Source: the human T2T-CHM13v2.0 reference genome, Homo sapiens
Length of the DNA stretch: 64,000 bases
Reading direction: 5' to 3' (one strand)
Assembly (NCBI RefSeq): GCF_009914755.1
Contig: NC_060930.1
Shown: positions 19,584-36,317 of the stretch, piece by piece
Position numbering within the stretch: position 1 is the stretch's first letter
Layout: each line of letters opens with the position of its first letter
The notes under the pieces: generated by a model
The model's database searches: none
The model's input: only the letters and a program-made list of their open reading frames with translations
Told to the model about the DNA's origin: nothing
Translations under genes and position numbers: made by a program

Positions 19584-19745
19584 CTGGGTCTGCAAGTCCT
19601 GGATATTCTTTGTTGACAGTTCTGGCAAAGCTGGCCTCCAGCTGCTTCATCACTCTGTCCGCTGGGCTGTGGTAGACACCAACAGGGCTGCAGCACTTGG
19701 TCCAGAATGACAGCAAAGACAGCTTTTTGTGAAATTCTGGTATGG
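19584..19745 (-). CDS. RIPOR2: RIPOR2 exon (A)[14 protein letters not shown]...YPGLADP
   Basis: CAG/GTATGA, 162 nt; ORF 19567..19782. Confidence 0.95.
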
Positions 19746-19780
19746 CTGGAAAAGAAGAGCAACCCCCCATCTCGTAACAC

Positions 19781-20090
19781 ATTTTATTTTATTTTATTTT
19801 ATTTTTTTGAGACAGAGTCTTGCTTTGTTACCCAGGCTGGAGTGCAATGGCATGATCTCAGCTCACTGGAACTTCCGCCTCCTGGGTTCAAGTGATTCTC
19901 TTGCCTGAGCTTCCCAAGTAGCAGGGATTACAAGCATGCACCACCACACCTGGCTAATTTTTGTATTTTTAGTAGAGATGAGGTATTACCATGTTGGTCA
20001 GGCTGGTCTCGAACTCCTGTCCTCAAGCAAACCACCCACTTCGGCCTCCCAAAGTGCTGGGATTATAAGCGTGAGCCGCCGCGCCTGGCC
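19781..20090 (-). mobile_element. Alu
   Basis: Alu similarity. Confidence 0.9.
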
Positions 20091-21330
20091 ATAACATTTT
20101 AAATGAAGCAGATGAAGACGTGTTGGGGAAAGGGTGTGTATGTGGGGGGTCTTTAGGGACTTTTTTTCTCCCCATAAGACTGTGGTTAGTTTTCAGATGG
20201 AACTAGCAGATTCCTGTGTGGTCAGCAGATGGCCCGAAGGGTAAAGAAGTTATGACGAGGAACTCATCCTGCTTGGGGAGCAAAGAAAATAGAGCAAAAA
20301 CAAGTTCGTTTGCTGTGAGTGATAGGAAATACAGGAGCTCTACCCTTGGGCAGCATTCCAAACTTGTGATTTCCTATAACTCCACAGCAGAAATCATACA
20401 GGATCAAGGACTCAAACTGGAGGAGAGTTTCCTGAAGGGGATGGGAGGTAGCAGCAGGTGGCTGGAGGAAATTTTTACCCTGCCCAGGTGGTTCCCTGAC
20501 TGAAATGACTGAACAGCATGGTACCAGGTGGGACAGGAACAATGTTTCACTTGAATGTGTCATGATCATGAGGAGGGGGCTGGGAGAGGAGAGGACACAA
20601 GTCACTCACAGCCTGAATGTCCTGCCCCTCTTCATGCCCCTCAGAGACCGGCCAAGGTCACCTACTTCTAGTGGGAATGGATGTGGGAGGCAGAAATGCA
20701 CAGGGAGAAGATAGAGGAAGTTTTAGGCTTAATCAGAGATTATCTGGAAGACCCTGTTTCTGCTGAATATCTGATATGAAAACAGACATAAATTTTGGTT
20801 TCTACAAAAGTGCCCCATAGCCAGATCACACAAATTCAAAGGCATCTTTCCCAGGTCAAATTCTTCATTTAAAACTCTTAGAATCAGGAACTCTCCTGGA
20901 GGCGTTTGCATCCATGTATTTGTACCTTTCCCCAGCAGGGTCTGGCAGGATCTTCCAATTGACAGTCACTACAGGAGTTGTCTTAGCCACCTCCAGGGTG
21001 CAAGAGCATCCTATAGTCATCTGTCCCTAAAGGGAACCGCACCAGCAGAAAGTCTGTGAAACTCTGCCTGTGAAGTGGATGCTGTTTTTGTTTCTGGGTC
21101 TGACTTCTGGGGGTGGAGGCCCTCTGGAAAAAACTGTGTGTCTGCTGCTTTGACTCAGAAAGCCGAAATGTGACATTAATGAGCCCAATTTGTTTGGAGA
21201 CCTTTCTCAATCCTGTGACCTAAGAATGCTTTTCTGTTTTTCCAACAAAGCAATGAACATGCATAGGGAGTGGACTGGGCTAGTGGTGTCATCATTTACG
21301 TGAATAGCGGTGTAACTGGCAGATACTTAC

Positions 21331-21466
21331 CTTCCACAACAGAACTGATATTTCCTATGTTCTCATCACTGACAGCTGCGAGTTTCTCCATCACTTGGAT
21401 CTGCCTAGAAAGCTTCTCTAAGAGACTTCTTGCCACAAATGGGGTTTTGCTTGAGAAAACAATTTG
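21331..21466 (-). CDS. RIPOR2: RIPOR2 exon QIVFSSKTPFVARS...ISSVVE
   Basis: CAG/GTAAGT, 136 nt; ORF 21296..21496. Confidence 0.95.
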
Positions 21467-21929
21467 CTGGTAAAACAAACAAAACTCCTGTTTCAATTAT
21501 GTTGTTTTCAGTAGAGCTTTCTCTACCCAGCCTCATCCTTCCTGAATGTGGTGATGATACTAAATAAACTCATGCGATGTTTTTCTTCCAGCTCGATAAT
21601 GATCCTCATTCCATGCCAGTTACAACATCTGATGAAATCAGGCATGTTTTTGTTGCTTTGCATTTCTTCGTGTGTGCATAAATTCTGGAACTTTCTCAGT
21701 AGTAGGTCTACAAGGTTATTATAAAGCTGCTTTCCCTTTTATGTATTGTGAATCTGATCTTCCCCTTTGAAACGTGAGGGGCAGTTTAGGCTGTGTCTTG
21801 GTGTGTAAGCAGAAATAGATTTGTCTTACAAATGCAGTAATTTTTCACAGCATGGTTTTATTTTTGTGTGTGTGTTCAAGCTGAAAGTTAAGAGCAGGTT
21901 AAATAATAATGAGAATTACAATCAGAGCT

Positions 21930-22115
21930 GTCTCTTGATAACAAATGAGTGCTCACTATGTGCCAGGCACTGGTCTGAGTTCTGTATAAGTGTTAGCTTA
22001 TGTTATTTCTCAAAACAACCCAATGAGGCGGGTCTTATTGATATCCCCATTTTACTGATGAGAAAATTGAGGCACAGAGAGGTTAAGTAACCTGCCCAAG
22101 GTCACATAAGTTGTA
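21930..22115 (-). mobile_element. MIR
   Basis: ccccattttactgatgagaaaattgaggcacagagaggttaagtaacctgcccaaggtcac. Confidence 0.8.
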
Positions 22116-22230
22116 AGTGGGTTTATTTGTGTGCAGTTCACAAGAATGAGAAGACCTAAGAGAAGAAAGGATATAAGTCATTTGCTGCCCAATGGTTCTA
22201 CTCCTTTCTGTGTCTCAGAGACCTGTCTCA

Positions 22231-22683
<453 letters not shown>

Positions 22684-23545
22684 TTATTTTGAAAATAATT
22701 GTAGTGATTATGATTCTTAGAAAATGCACATCTTTATCTCTCTGTGGTTATATAACTAATAAGTAAGCTCACACATGAATCAACGCAAGCCAGAAGGTAA
22801 GTTTCTAAATCTCATTCCTTCAATCTACATCTTTGTATCCACCTCTTCTGTTTTTGTACCATTGCTCATCCCCACAGAAAGGATGAATTGTTATAATCAT
22901 GGCCTTATTACCGAGAGAAACACTGCATTGACTGCTTGCACTAAAAGCATGCCAATTAGTCTTTGCGAGAAAACAGTCACTCCTTCAAAGATAAGAATTC
23001 TCTTATGTCTCACAAAATAGCTATTATTCTCTAAAAGAGAAACAAGTGGTTTGCTTGGCATAGTATCAGGCTCAGCAAGGACAAAGAGCTGTCTCGTTCA
23101 AATGGTTGGTGAGTAGAAAATAGTCATACATAAATAAAAATCCCTGTCTGTTTTGATCAGAAAAAAAAAAAACTGCACATTCTACCAGATTGGTTATCAG
23201 TCTCATGGTTTGTGAGACCTTTGTGGTTTTTGACCTCAAAACTCAACAGAAGAGTTCAACTAAGTGTTGGCTAACCAAGTGGCAGGAGTTATAATTGCCA
23301 ACCAGTCTCCCACAGCACACAGTTGTCTGAGGCTTCTCTGATGCTCTTCATCTATGGTGGAGAAGCATATTCTCCTACATCTCATCACATGTCTGTTACC
23401 AAGGAGGCAACACTGCCCCTCTGCTGGGCTCCCGAGGGACCCCTAGCTCCTCACCCTGACTCTTGTCTTCCAACAGGTTCTGTGCTCTTGGGTTACCATT
23501 CCTCCTCCTTCTGCACCCTTCCTGCTTGGCTGATCCCCTTGACAC

Positions 23546-24000
23546 TTTTTCTTTTCTTTTCTTTTTTTAATGAGGCCTTGGCCTCCCAAAGTGCTGGGTT
23601 TGAAAATCCTATTTGTTTTAGAGTCCAAATACTTTAGACAATTCAGCATGGTAGTACAGGTCTGCGTTCTGCATCTATGCCTACCAGGTGATCGAGACAG
23701 GTCTCTGAGAGACACAGAAAGGAGTAGAACCATTGTCACCCAGGCTGGAGCGCAGTGGTGCCATCACAGCTCACTGCAACCTCTGCCTCCTAGGCTCAAG
23801 CAATCCTCCCACCTCCGCCTCCTGAGTAGCTGGGACCATAGGCCTGTGCCACCACACCTGACTAATTTTTGTATCTTTTGTAGAGATGAGGTTTCACTCT
23901 GTTGACCAGGCTGGTCTCAAACTCCTGGGCTCAAACAATCTTCCTGCTTTGACCTCCCAAAGTGCTGGGACTATGGGCCTGAGTCACTGCGCCTGGTCTG
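23546..24000 (-). mobile_element. AluJ-like element interrupted by an inverted copy of 22190-22348
   Basis: T tail 23546-23568, insert 23575-23735, Alu body resumes at tcacccaggctgg. Confidence 0.85.
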
Positions 24001-24777
24001 GAACCATTTTATTAGCTTCTGCATTCTCTTCCTGTTCCACATACACCCAAGCAAGCTGGGAGAAGAATGATATTAGAAGAAAAGCAACCAGGCAAGGAGA
24101 AAGCTCTTAAGTAGATGCTTGAGGAAAAATGCTTTGTTCAAGACAGCTGAAACCCTTCCTGCAACAAAAGAATTTAAGAACATTTTGCTCCACTGTTGAA
24201 AAACCTTAAGTGGTAAACAGCTTGAGATGAGAAGGAAAATTAGCTCTGTGGTGTCCCAGAATGAGAGCTAAATGGTGATGATGATGGCCTAGAGAATTAT
24301 ATCTTAGCATTGCTAATAAGAATTACTTATTCAAGGTCCAGGAGACTGTGGTTAGATTCTTTAACACTTTCTTTTAGCTATCCAGGTGGTGAAAAACTAA
24401 TTCATTTGACATTCATGTTAATATATATTCAGCACTACTGGCTTTCAAACTCCATTGCAGATGGTGGAATACAAATGGCTTCCCCCCACCCCCTTAATCA
24501 CATTATTCTCAGGTACTACCAAATGAGTCAAAAGTGAGAGCTAACCATATGCCACCTACTACTGTGAAGGTCTGGAGAGTTAGGTTCGAAGATGAAAAAC
24601 CCAAGGTTGTAGAGGGATGGGCAGGCCCATCAGAGTTTTTGACTTGGCTCAAACCACAGCAAGACTGTTCTCTTATTCCTGAATTCTCATTTCCCTGGCA
24701 ACACTAAAAAATGAAAGCACACTTCCTGGTATGTAAATCACCTGGCATCTCAAACACAAATTCATCGCTGATCCTAC

Positions 24778-24946
24778 CTGCACGAGTTGGGTGCAGTACT
24801 GGAGGTGCCTGACGATGGTGATGTCCAGGCTCTCGTTGCCTGTGGTCAGTGGGAGAGGACTTCCTGCCACACTGGTCCCAACTCCTGTGTCTTCAGTGAG
24901 CGCTTCACTGAGATGCCCCCTGGCTTCTGGGTGAACCGACCTGTAA
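24778..24946 (-). CDS. RIPOR2: RIPOR2 exon (S)[11 protein letters not shown]...YCTQLVQ
   Basis: TAG/GTAGGA, 169 nt; ORF 24673..24990. Confidence 0.95.
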
Positions 24947-25884
24947 CTATTGAAGGTGGGCAAAACATTAGCTATTCTTTTTCTGTGCACAAACCACAGG
25001 TCAAGTCAACATGGTTTGCATCGGGCCCCAACAGCACCCACTGAAAACAGTCTTTCACTTGCCTATCTTGAAAAATAGAGACACCTTTAAAAAATTACTT
25101 AATTCAGCCTGGTCACCAAATTGCCTAGTGTTAAAAGGACATGCAAACAAATTGCTTTCAAAGTTCTTTCTCTACTTTTTAAGCCTAATGAACCACTTAT
25201 GAAGTAGTTTCACCCAGAAGTCTTTGAAACATGCCCTCATTTTGAATGTGTTGCACTTTCCTGCTCTGTTGACAGGGTGATCTGCCAAATTTTCTGGAAT
25301 TAAATTGTCCTCTATATTTGTGGTTTCCCAAAGGCAATACCATTAAGAAATAATCTGCCAAGGTTTTTTCCTGGCCTCAGATCAATTGCTACTTGAATAA
25401 AAGGAAAAAGGAAAGCTGCCAAGAAGAGAGACATGATGTTCTACTCTGGACAAAAGTTAAAAAGGGTGTTTGAATATTCAGAGGAATCGCTTAGTTCTGC
25501 CTCTGACGTTTTGTTTAAACCCCCTTGTTGAACTGTATGAAGTTATATCATGGTAGGCACCTACATTTAAAAAAATCTCTTGCATTGATTATCTAATTTT
25601 ATTCATAAACTAAACCTGCGTACTAGGGAGGGTGGCAATAGTGGTCTTGTTTCACATGATTAGCAGAGATTTTGAGTGTCCTGGTTCACACAGCTAGACG
25701 GGACAGGGAAGATTTGGGCTTCTAGCCTCACACTCTCTGGTGTCCACAATTTAAAAAGATTAGCACCAGAGCTTAGAGGCTTTGAATGCTTTATTCTGAT
25801 TCTGATTCACATTTGACTCCAAGGGGAAAACACTCAGTTTGTGTCTGGGCAGTCCACACATAGCAGCCAATACATATTTAAAAT

Positions 25885-25930
25885 ACACACACACACACAC
25901 ACACTCTCTCTCTCTCTGTCTCTCTCTCTT
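25885..25930. repeat. (CA)n(CT)n microsatellite
   Basis: Read directly. Confidence 0.9.
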
Positions 25931-26170
25931 CCCTAATACTTCTGATGACATATAATAAGATTGATCAAATTAGACATATTTAATATCAATGATGTATAAC
26001 ATTTATAAAACCTGTGCTTGTGATATTTTTTTGTTAAAATGTTTCTTATAGCAAGAAGAAAAAAAGTTTAGATTGATGCCTGACTTTGCTACATCCTGTA
26101 ACAGCTTAAGGTAACAAGTATGCAGAAAAATTTTTGGATAAGAAGTATTTCACAAATTCTATCAAGCTAA

Positions 26171-26780
<610 letters not shown>

Positions 26781-27534
26781 AAATGTAGGATAATTTAAAC
26801 ATTACATTCATTTAATAAATTTTCTTTGCCATGTCCCCAGATTGCTTATGGGGTAAATTCAAGTTCTCATGTTTTTTTTTTTCCTGGTTTTATTTTGAAA
26901 AAGGAAACCCTTCAGGGACAACAACAAACAAAAACTAGCATCTTTCAGGGAGATTTGTGAAGGTTGAAATCATAGCTTGCTGTAACTTGAAAACCCATTT
27001 ACGTCATATTGTGCCAAGGTAAAGATGAGCGGGCAATCCACCCCCATTTTGGGAAAGTGTGTTTTCTTTCACAGCAATTGATGGAGGTGGGTATGTTCCA
27101 TTGTGCTTATTTTGCTTTATATGTAGTTATAAATTTGGACCCCAGGCTCTAGTTCTCAAAACATGATTTGGCTGCATGAGGACACCGGACGGTGAAGGTG
27201 ACAATGTTTCACCTTCATCTGTTGCTTCCAGAGAAGGTCACATTCTCCACCTAGAGACATGCAGTACCAGTGGCAGTCATTGGTCATCCCCTCTTACATT
27301 CTACAAGAAATATGCACCATGGGACTTAAACTTGACTTGGATGCGTGCCTTGATGAACTCAATCTCTGGCAAAGACTCACTGGGTTGAAGGAAACATGAA
27401 GGGTTGGGAAAGGGAAGCACAACAAAACAAAGGCAGCGGAAGTAAAGTGCAAGCCAGGGAGAACCAGGCCCAAATTTGTCATCCAGTAAGAGTTCTTCAG
27501 AAATGTGTATACCTAGTTAATTTGGAATTAATTA

Positions 27535-27926
<392 letters not shown>

Positions 27927-28161
27927 TTATAAAGAGGAAATATAAAGATATTTATTTTCCCTTAAGCAACCCAAAAGAGGTGAATAATATTGACCCTTTT
28001 ATTGCACTTGACAATAAAAAGGAACTGTAAGCCAACTGGTCACTCATGTGGAGAGTTTTATCTTCCTGGAAATGTGTACCAGGTCCCCTCTGACAGTAAC
28101 AAAGAACTACTGTATCAGCTGTGACAGGAGAAATATAAGGAGACACTAACTTCAGACTTAC

Positions 28162-28343
28162 CTGTGTTTCTCAGTCTCAGTGTCTGAAAATACTGAGTCA
28201 GCACCTCCGCCAACATTACAAACCTCATCACCATCCTCCTCCTCGTCAAAATCAGAGGTGTTCAGGAAATCAAAGCTTTCTAAAGCACTTTCAACTGTGA
28301 GACTTAAACTGGAAGACCTGCTGCGGCTTACTGCTGGCTTGCA
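28162..28343 (-). CDS. RIPOR2: RIPOR2 exon [27 protein letters not shown]...TETEKH
   Basis: CAG/GTAAGT, 182 nt, open in the expected frame. Confidence 0.95.
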
Positions 28344-28509
28344 CTGTAAAGGCAGAAGGCACCAGGGAGAACATCAACATATCCGGAAAGAGAAACCAGA
28401 CACACGATGCTCAATTGGAGATGCCACACTTTTTTTTTTGTTTCAAGTTTTTATTTTTTGTTAGCATTTAAAAAATGCATTTAAAAATCTTTATATCCAA
28501 AAAAGAAGT

Positions 28510-28728
28510 ACAACCATGGATAAAATGGCACAATATCTGGGACTGGTTGCAGAAGAATCCAGAGGGAAGTCAGCAGGTTGAAGAATAGGAAACAAGATTG
28601 GCCATGAGTTGATCACTGAGGAGGTTGAGGGATGGGCACACTGGGATCCATTAGAGGATCTTCTCTACTTCTGTTTGAAATTTTTATAACAAAAAGTTGA
28701 AAAAAAACAAAAAAAACAAAAAACAAAA
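28510..28728 (+). mobile_element. Old L1 3' end (L1MC/L1ME-like) with A-rich tail
   Basis: gaaacaagattggccatgagttgat...ttctctactt...tgtttgaaattttt..ataa..aaaaagtt matches the recalled L1MC4-type 3' UTR. Confidence 0.7.
28665..28670 (-). CDS. RIPOR2: Alternative terminal exon start (AAG TAG = Lys-stop) giving short RIPOR2 ending ...DDILKK*
   Basis: Long U-rich tract then TTTCAAACAG|AAG TAG. Fits my recollection of a 591-aa isoform in which Cys641 becomes Lys followed by stop. Confidence 0.7.
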   Translation of the reverse strand, partial: K

Positions 28729-28910
28729 CCATGTCAACCACAAAGCCTTGGGAAACAGAACTGCTATATCCCTCTGCCTAGTGCTCACCCCAAAATAAAA
28801 TACCACAAGCAGACAAATTTTAAGTCAGTGAGTCAATGCTGAATACTGACCAATCTCTAATTCCAAGTGGCAATGTCTTCGGTGTTTTACAAAAGGCGCT
28901 AGCTATCTAA

Positions 28911-29312
<402 letters not shown>

Positions 29313-29947
29313 TCACAGCATATAATTTTTCCTCTGAGGACTGAGGAAAGAATGAATGCCTTGGGCATGACAAGAAGCAGCCCTGCTTCCTCTGGAGCTC
29401 TGCCTCAAAGGGAACAAGTCCCACCACTTCCCTGACCAGGCCCTGGCATCATGGGAGCAATCCCATTCTCTGGCCTGGAGCATTCTATAATGCTGGCCAC
29501 ATGCAGAAACATTACAAGCAAAACAATGCCAGTTGCTATGGGCACAGAGTTGGAGAGAAGTATTTCCAAATATTCAAGAGGATGCTGGGGTGGGTCGAAT
29601 GGGACAAATTCTGCAAGTTAGAAGCACTAAATGTCCTCCATCCAGTTAGGTGACACTCCTTGCTGATTTCTTAGCGCAAGGTAGGAAGGGCCTTGCAGGG
29701 ATCTGTCTCTGACACTCAAGATGGCACAAAAGCACATGGGAAAACGTCTTTCGGTCTTTTAAATCACAGTTGTCTCATTCACCCTCAGTGATCTCCGTCC
29801 AAGAGGCAGCACCATTTAGTTTCTGATCGTCAAGGTGTTTAGCATCCTAGGAATGTGAAGGAGGGAGAAAAGAGAAAGCTTTGTCCAGCTGATGCTTTAA
29901 TTCTGGCTGGATACAAAGCCATTTGCCCCAGACCTAAACACACTCAC

Positions 29948-29966
29948 TAGTGATGTTTTCAGCAGT
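29948..29966 (-). CDS. RIPOR2: Candidate 19-nt alternative microexon (TAENIT+A) that frameshifts the next exon
   Basis: CTCCCTGTCTCCCCCTGAG|ACTGCTGAAAACATCACTA|GTGAGT; would give a 23-aa alternative tail ending at TGA 28291-28293. Confidence 0.55.
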
Positions 29967-30643
29967 CTCAGGGGGAGACAGGGAGTCGGTCTTGACTTCA
30001 CCTACTTCTAGGGTCTTTTTTCCTAAGCAAGGTGTCTGCACAATTTTATCTTGTACAGTACAGATGTGTTTAAATATTGGTCATGACAAAGAAAGGGGCA
30101 GTTGAGGATTTTAGTAGCAGGACAATTTTGGAACAACAGCAGACTGAAATAATACTCTGGAAAGAAGTCTCTGATCACCAGTTTTTAATAATGCTTAGTG
30201 TTTCCTGTGGATTGAGCTACTTACCATCACCCTAGATGCCTGGAATGGGAGCTGCTATCACTACTGGATTTCTCTAAGGAATTCACTTTAGATGGCATCA
30301 ATTTGTGTCTTAGCTCTTTGAAATGAATACCTTTTGCCCACAAAGCAAAGCTGGTCAACTTTGCAGAAAAGATAGGTGTTTAGTAGAATACCAGACAAGC
30401 AGCCTGCATATACAAGCCCTGAGCTGATGGTTTTGAACTGATATTTTACAGAAAGTAGATTCAGAGTGCCCTTCTGTTTCTCGGAGGCTATGCCATCAAC
30501 TGAACTATCTGTCATGAGCATTTGAGGACCTGGAGAGTCAGGACCTGAATTATCATCTGCCTGGAGCACAAATCTCCTACAGAGTTAGGTCAGCAAGACT
30601 GAGTAGAGAAGGATAAGATGGTCAAAAAGCCTTGGAAATGTAG

Positions 30644-31146
<503 letters not shown>

Positions 31147-31931
31147 TAAATCAGAGCAGCAAAGAATACAAGAAGTAGCAGTGAGATTTGGGACAACAAT
31201 TCAAATCTGTCTTCTTGTGCAGTGTTTTTTAAAAAATTAATCTGTATGCAGGTGGAGACAGATACATTCTGATGCAGCAATAATGATCTCATTATCAGGA
31301 CCTCCCGCCTGCGAGGAAATCATCCTTCTCATCTTACCCTCCCACCTCCATCCTGGGCTGTCTGATCCCTATGGATTGAGGGTATCCCTGGAGAGTCTGT
31401 AGATCTCCCGCTCTAGAGTAGAATGGATGATTATTTTGCTGATGATTAATCTGAGATTCTGACTTGGTTATTTGGACCAATTGTGAGAGCAGGTAGTCTC
31501 CTCCAGCAGGCAGTGGCTCATGGCTCTCACAATGGGACGGATAACTCTGACTCCAACCAGGCAAAGGGCTCCCTGCTTTCCCGACCCCCTGAGAGGGATC
31601 CTATCCAGTAACGCCTGTGAGACTGTAATCATCAAAGTGCCTCTACTTCACATATGGGATTAAAATGATTAACTTGGGGACTGGGGGAATTTCAACATTC
31701 TCTAGAGCTCTTTGTTTAAATCCTAATCAATTTAGATAAGTTGATCTGTTGTTTGGAAAATAAAACTTAATATGCACTACTGGCATATTAGTGCCATTTA
31801 AAATGATGATGAGCTATTAATCCTGTGATTGGACAGGATTTTTTTTTTAAATGATACCTCATCTTAAATAGAATGTTGGCTTAGGACACCTCTCTCCAAA
31901 CCTAATCCAATTTCTCTGAAAAGGTACTTAC

Positions 31932-32624
31932 TTTTAGAATATCATCCAAATTCATGACTTCTTGGTTCAGATCCTGAAACTCTTTATACTGCTCTTTATG
32001 TGGTTCTAATGCAAGTAAAAGCCCATTAAAAGCATCCTCTAAGCTTCCATCTAGAAAGGATCTGCAGCCTTCAGATTCTCCACCAACAGAACCCTCAGAG
32101 AGCAGCCTGTCTGTGGCCATTGGCACCTCTGCAGATGTGAGCCTCTTGACCAGCTGCTTTGTGATGTTTCCTTCCGAAGTGTCCAGTTCCACAGGCTTGA
32201 GCTCAGAGGCCTCCTCAGACTCTTGCAGAAGTGCTTCTGCAACATCATTCTCAAGGAACAGGTGCTCAGCCCCAGCACCTGAGGACTGTCGGCGGCAAGC
32301 CTCAGATGGGGCCGAGGCAGGTTTTCTGGGCTCCTCTGGGTCTTCCTCCTTCAGGTGTGACTTTGGCTCTTGGCCTTCTCCCAGGGAGTTCCTGGAAGAT
32401 GCTGAGCTGGTGTCATCCATACCCTCATTCTGGGAGGCCAAGCTGCTGAGGTTAAACTCCGCAGGGGTGATGGTAATTTCTGGATTTGTTGAGTTGGAAG
32501 GGGAGCCTGTTGAGTGGGAGGTGAGGGCGCAGTCCCCGTTGGGCAGGTCACTGAAGCTGAGCGACAGTGGCATTTTCTCCTCGGCTGCCTTTCCATTTTC
32601 AAAGATGTCATCAGGTAGATTTGA
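31932..32624 (-). CDS. RIPOR2: RIPOR2 large 693-nt exon SNLPDDIFENGK...NLDDILK (Ser/Glu-rich linker)
   Basis: TAG/GTAAGT, 231 codons; ORF 31902..32573. Confidence 0.97.
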
Positions 32625-32766
32625 CTATAGATAAAAGATACCTCATTATTATTTTCAATACAAATGATGCATTTGGCTTGGCATGGTTTATTTCCAGACA
32701 GAATATAAGGCAATTACAATGAAAAAACCCAGAACTTTCAGAATGTTAGCATTTTATTTGTTGATG

Positions 32767-32768
<2 letters not shown>

Positions 32769-32808
<40 letters not shown>
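32769..32808. repeat. (GT)~20 microsatellite
   Basis: Read directly. Confidence 0.95.
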
Positions 32809-32810
<2 letters not shown>

Positions 32811-33531
32811 CTGGCAAAAGAAAACAGACCATCAAGGACTGTTTCTATTGTTGAATCTAGGTGAAAGTTCATGGCAATAGTTTCAAGGTTTGACATTTTT
32901 CAAAAGAAAAGGTTGCATGGGGGGAGGGGGCTTGTTTTCTGAATTCCAAGAGCTCATAATATTTGGCAGCCATAGTTATGAATAACATTACCAATTTCTT
33001 TTTCTATTTAGGCATCTATCTTAAAAAACTTTCCAACATCCATGCAATTTAGTTCCAAAGTTGTGATGTTTTGTTCTGCTTCAATTCTCAAAAATTATTT
33101 TTTTGAAAATCTCTGCCCACAAATCCCAAGCTCTGGAAAATGTTTTATTAATTTAGTAACCACACCATAAATAATTCAAGGCCAGCCATACATTTGCATA
33201 GCTTCTCTAGAAATAAAAGGAAAAGACTAATAAATGGAACATCAATCTTGCAGGAGGCAAACCCCAGGGCTCTCAGGCCGCCTAGAAACACCAAGTCATC
33301 TGTCAAGCAGACCTGGGTGGTGTCACAGGTACGCCCTGTGCTTCATGAAGCAGAACTCTGAAGAGAGAGGCCAGAAATATCCAGGTAACCAAGATCATTC
33401 ATTTATTCAGGCATTTCTATTTTGAAGTCAGCTCTCCTTGTGCTGTGGTCTGTGTATAATGCCTAAATGCCAAATGCTGCTCTGTGGAAAGGGCTTTTGA
33501 GTTACTGAGATTAACCCCTTCAAAATGGTTA

Positions 33532-33860
<329 letters not shown>

Positions 33861-35365
33861 TAGATCCCAGATTCAGTTTTTAAAGTAAATAAATGGTAAG
33901 TATCATGCTAATAATTGTTTTAATTATATAGAAACTGACAAATTCTCAAAATTTGCTGGGAATAAGCCCGGCAAATAAAAACATTACAGCAAATGCAGTG
34001 AAGAGCAGAAGGGAAGACAAAGGCTCCCCTTCCTCCTCCAGCTGGGTCCCTGGTCCCATTGCTGCTGTATCTGAGGCCACTAGATCCCGACACATGCAGT
34101 TCGTTGCACCCAAACTGTCCGTTGTAGCATGGTTGGAAGGTGACTTACTTTAACCACAGGACGAGTGAAATGATGTGTCACTGGACACTTGAGTAACCTC
34201 TACAAGCTCTGTCTCTTTACCTCCCAAACTGAGGATGTTTTACTCTATTAGTGATTATTGAACTGTGGTCCACAATGTTGTTGGTGTGGTGGGCTCTGGT
34301 GCTCCTCTTCCTCCCCTCCAAGCTTGTGTATTTCAGTTTCTTCCCTCCCGTATTTGCACCCCCCACCTCATATACACCTTATGTCTCTAGGAAAGATAAA
34401 AGGAATCTTTTAGGGGAGGGATGAAGGATGCCTGGAGCCTTCTCCCTAGACCTCATCCATGGGGGTTCCTTAGGCTTCTAGAACCCATGGGCCCTCCATG
34501 TGGTTCCACTCAGCTTTGTCTGATCTGTGCACACCTCTCATGGCAGCACAGAGGGAGGTGGGAGACACTGGGTATGGCAGGGAGATTGGGTAGTCAGGAT
34601 TCTTATTCAAATTCCAAAGTCCTTCCCAGCCATTTGTCTTGAGACTCCAAGACTCAAGCTCAATTTCCACCTACTTAAGTGGCAAATATTGAGTGAGAAT
34701 AAATTGAGATGCCCTGCCCAAGGGGACTTGCAGTCTACCAAGGGGACAAGTCTAACAACAAGCACACAACAGTACAATGGTGTACACGCTATAACTGAGG
34801 GATGACATCATGAGGGAAGGGCCCCAATGAGGGAGTGGCTGCTGCCTGTGAAAGAGCCAATCCTGGAGCTCAGTGTGGAAGATGGTGAAGTAGGGGGCAG
34901 GCACCGGAGGAAGTGCGTTCTAGAAGGAACAACATGCAAAGACATGAGCTCCTGAAAGGAGGTGGTGCATTTGGAGGACACTGAGAAGCTCCAAGGGGCC
35001 CCAGCAGAGGATAGAGAGTGAAAACGTGGGATGGGCTTGTGGTGGGCTGTGGCCAGATGGGAACAGCCGCTCTGAGGACCTTTGCATTTATCTAAAAGGC
35101 TTTATCAGGAAAGCCATCCAGTTGTTTTCTAACCTTGTTCTTATTTAAATTATGACGTGAAACCTCTACCAACTCTCGCCCACAACCCCCAACCTGTAGC
35201 ACATGAACATATGAGCATGAATATACATGTTATGTTAACGGTTGCGTGTATAGCTGTGTTAGCTCTTTGTGTTTTGGTTCATGTTTTCATGTGTATTTCC
35301 CCCATACAATCTTCCCATTTTCCCTGAAAACTCCACCAGAGTTTAGCCTGGTCCTTTTCACCTGC

Positions 35366-36317
<952 letters not shown>

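Noticed and set aside
30002-30009. Another TAG|AAG TAG candidate for the Lys-stop exon
   Set aside because: Preceded by a purine/A-rich tract on the minus strand; 28670 has a much better acceptor.
31902-31931. Read-through tail VSTFSEKLD* after the large exon
   Set aside because: Strong GTAAGT donor and no nearby poly(A) signal noticed; ordinary intron read-through.
32113-32634. 173-aa plus-strand ORF
   Set aside because: Antisense shadow of the 693-nt exon, ending at the exon boundary; no independent signals.
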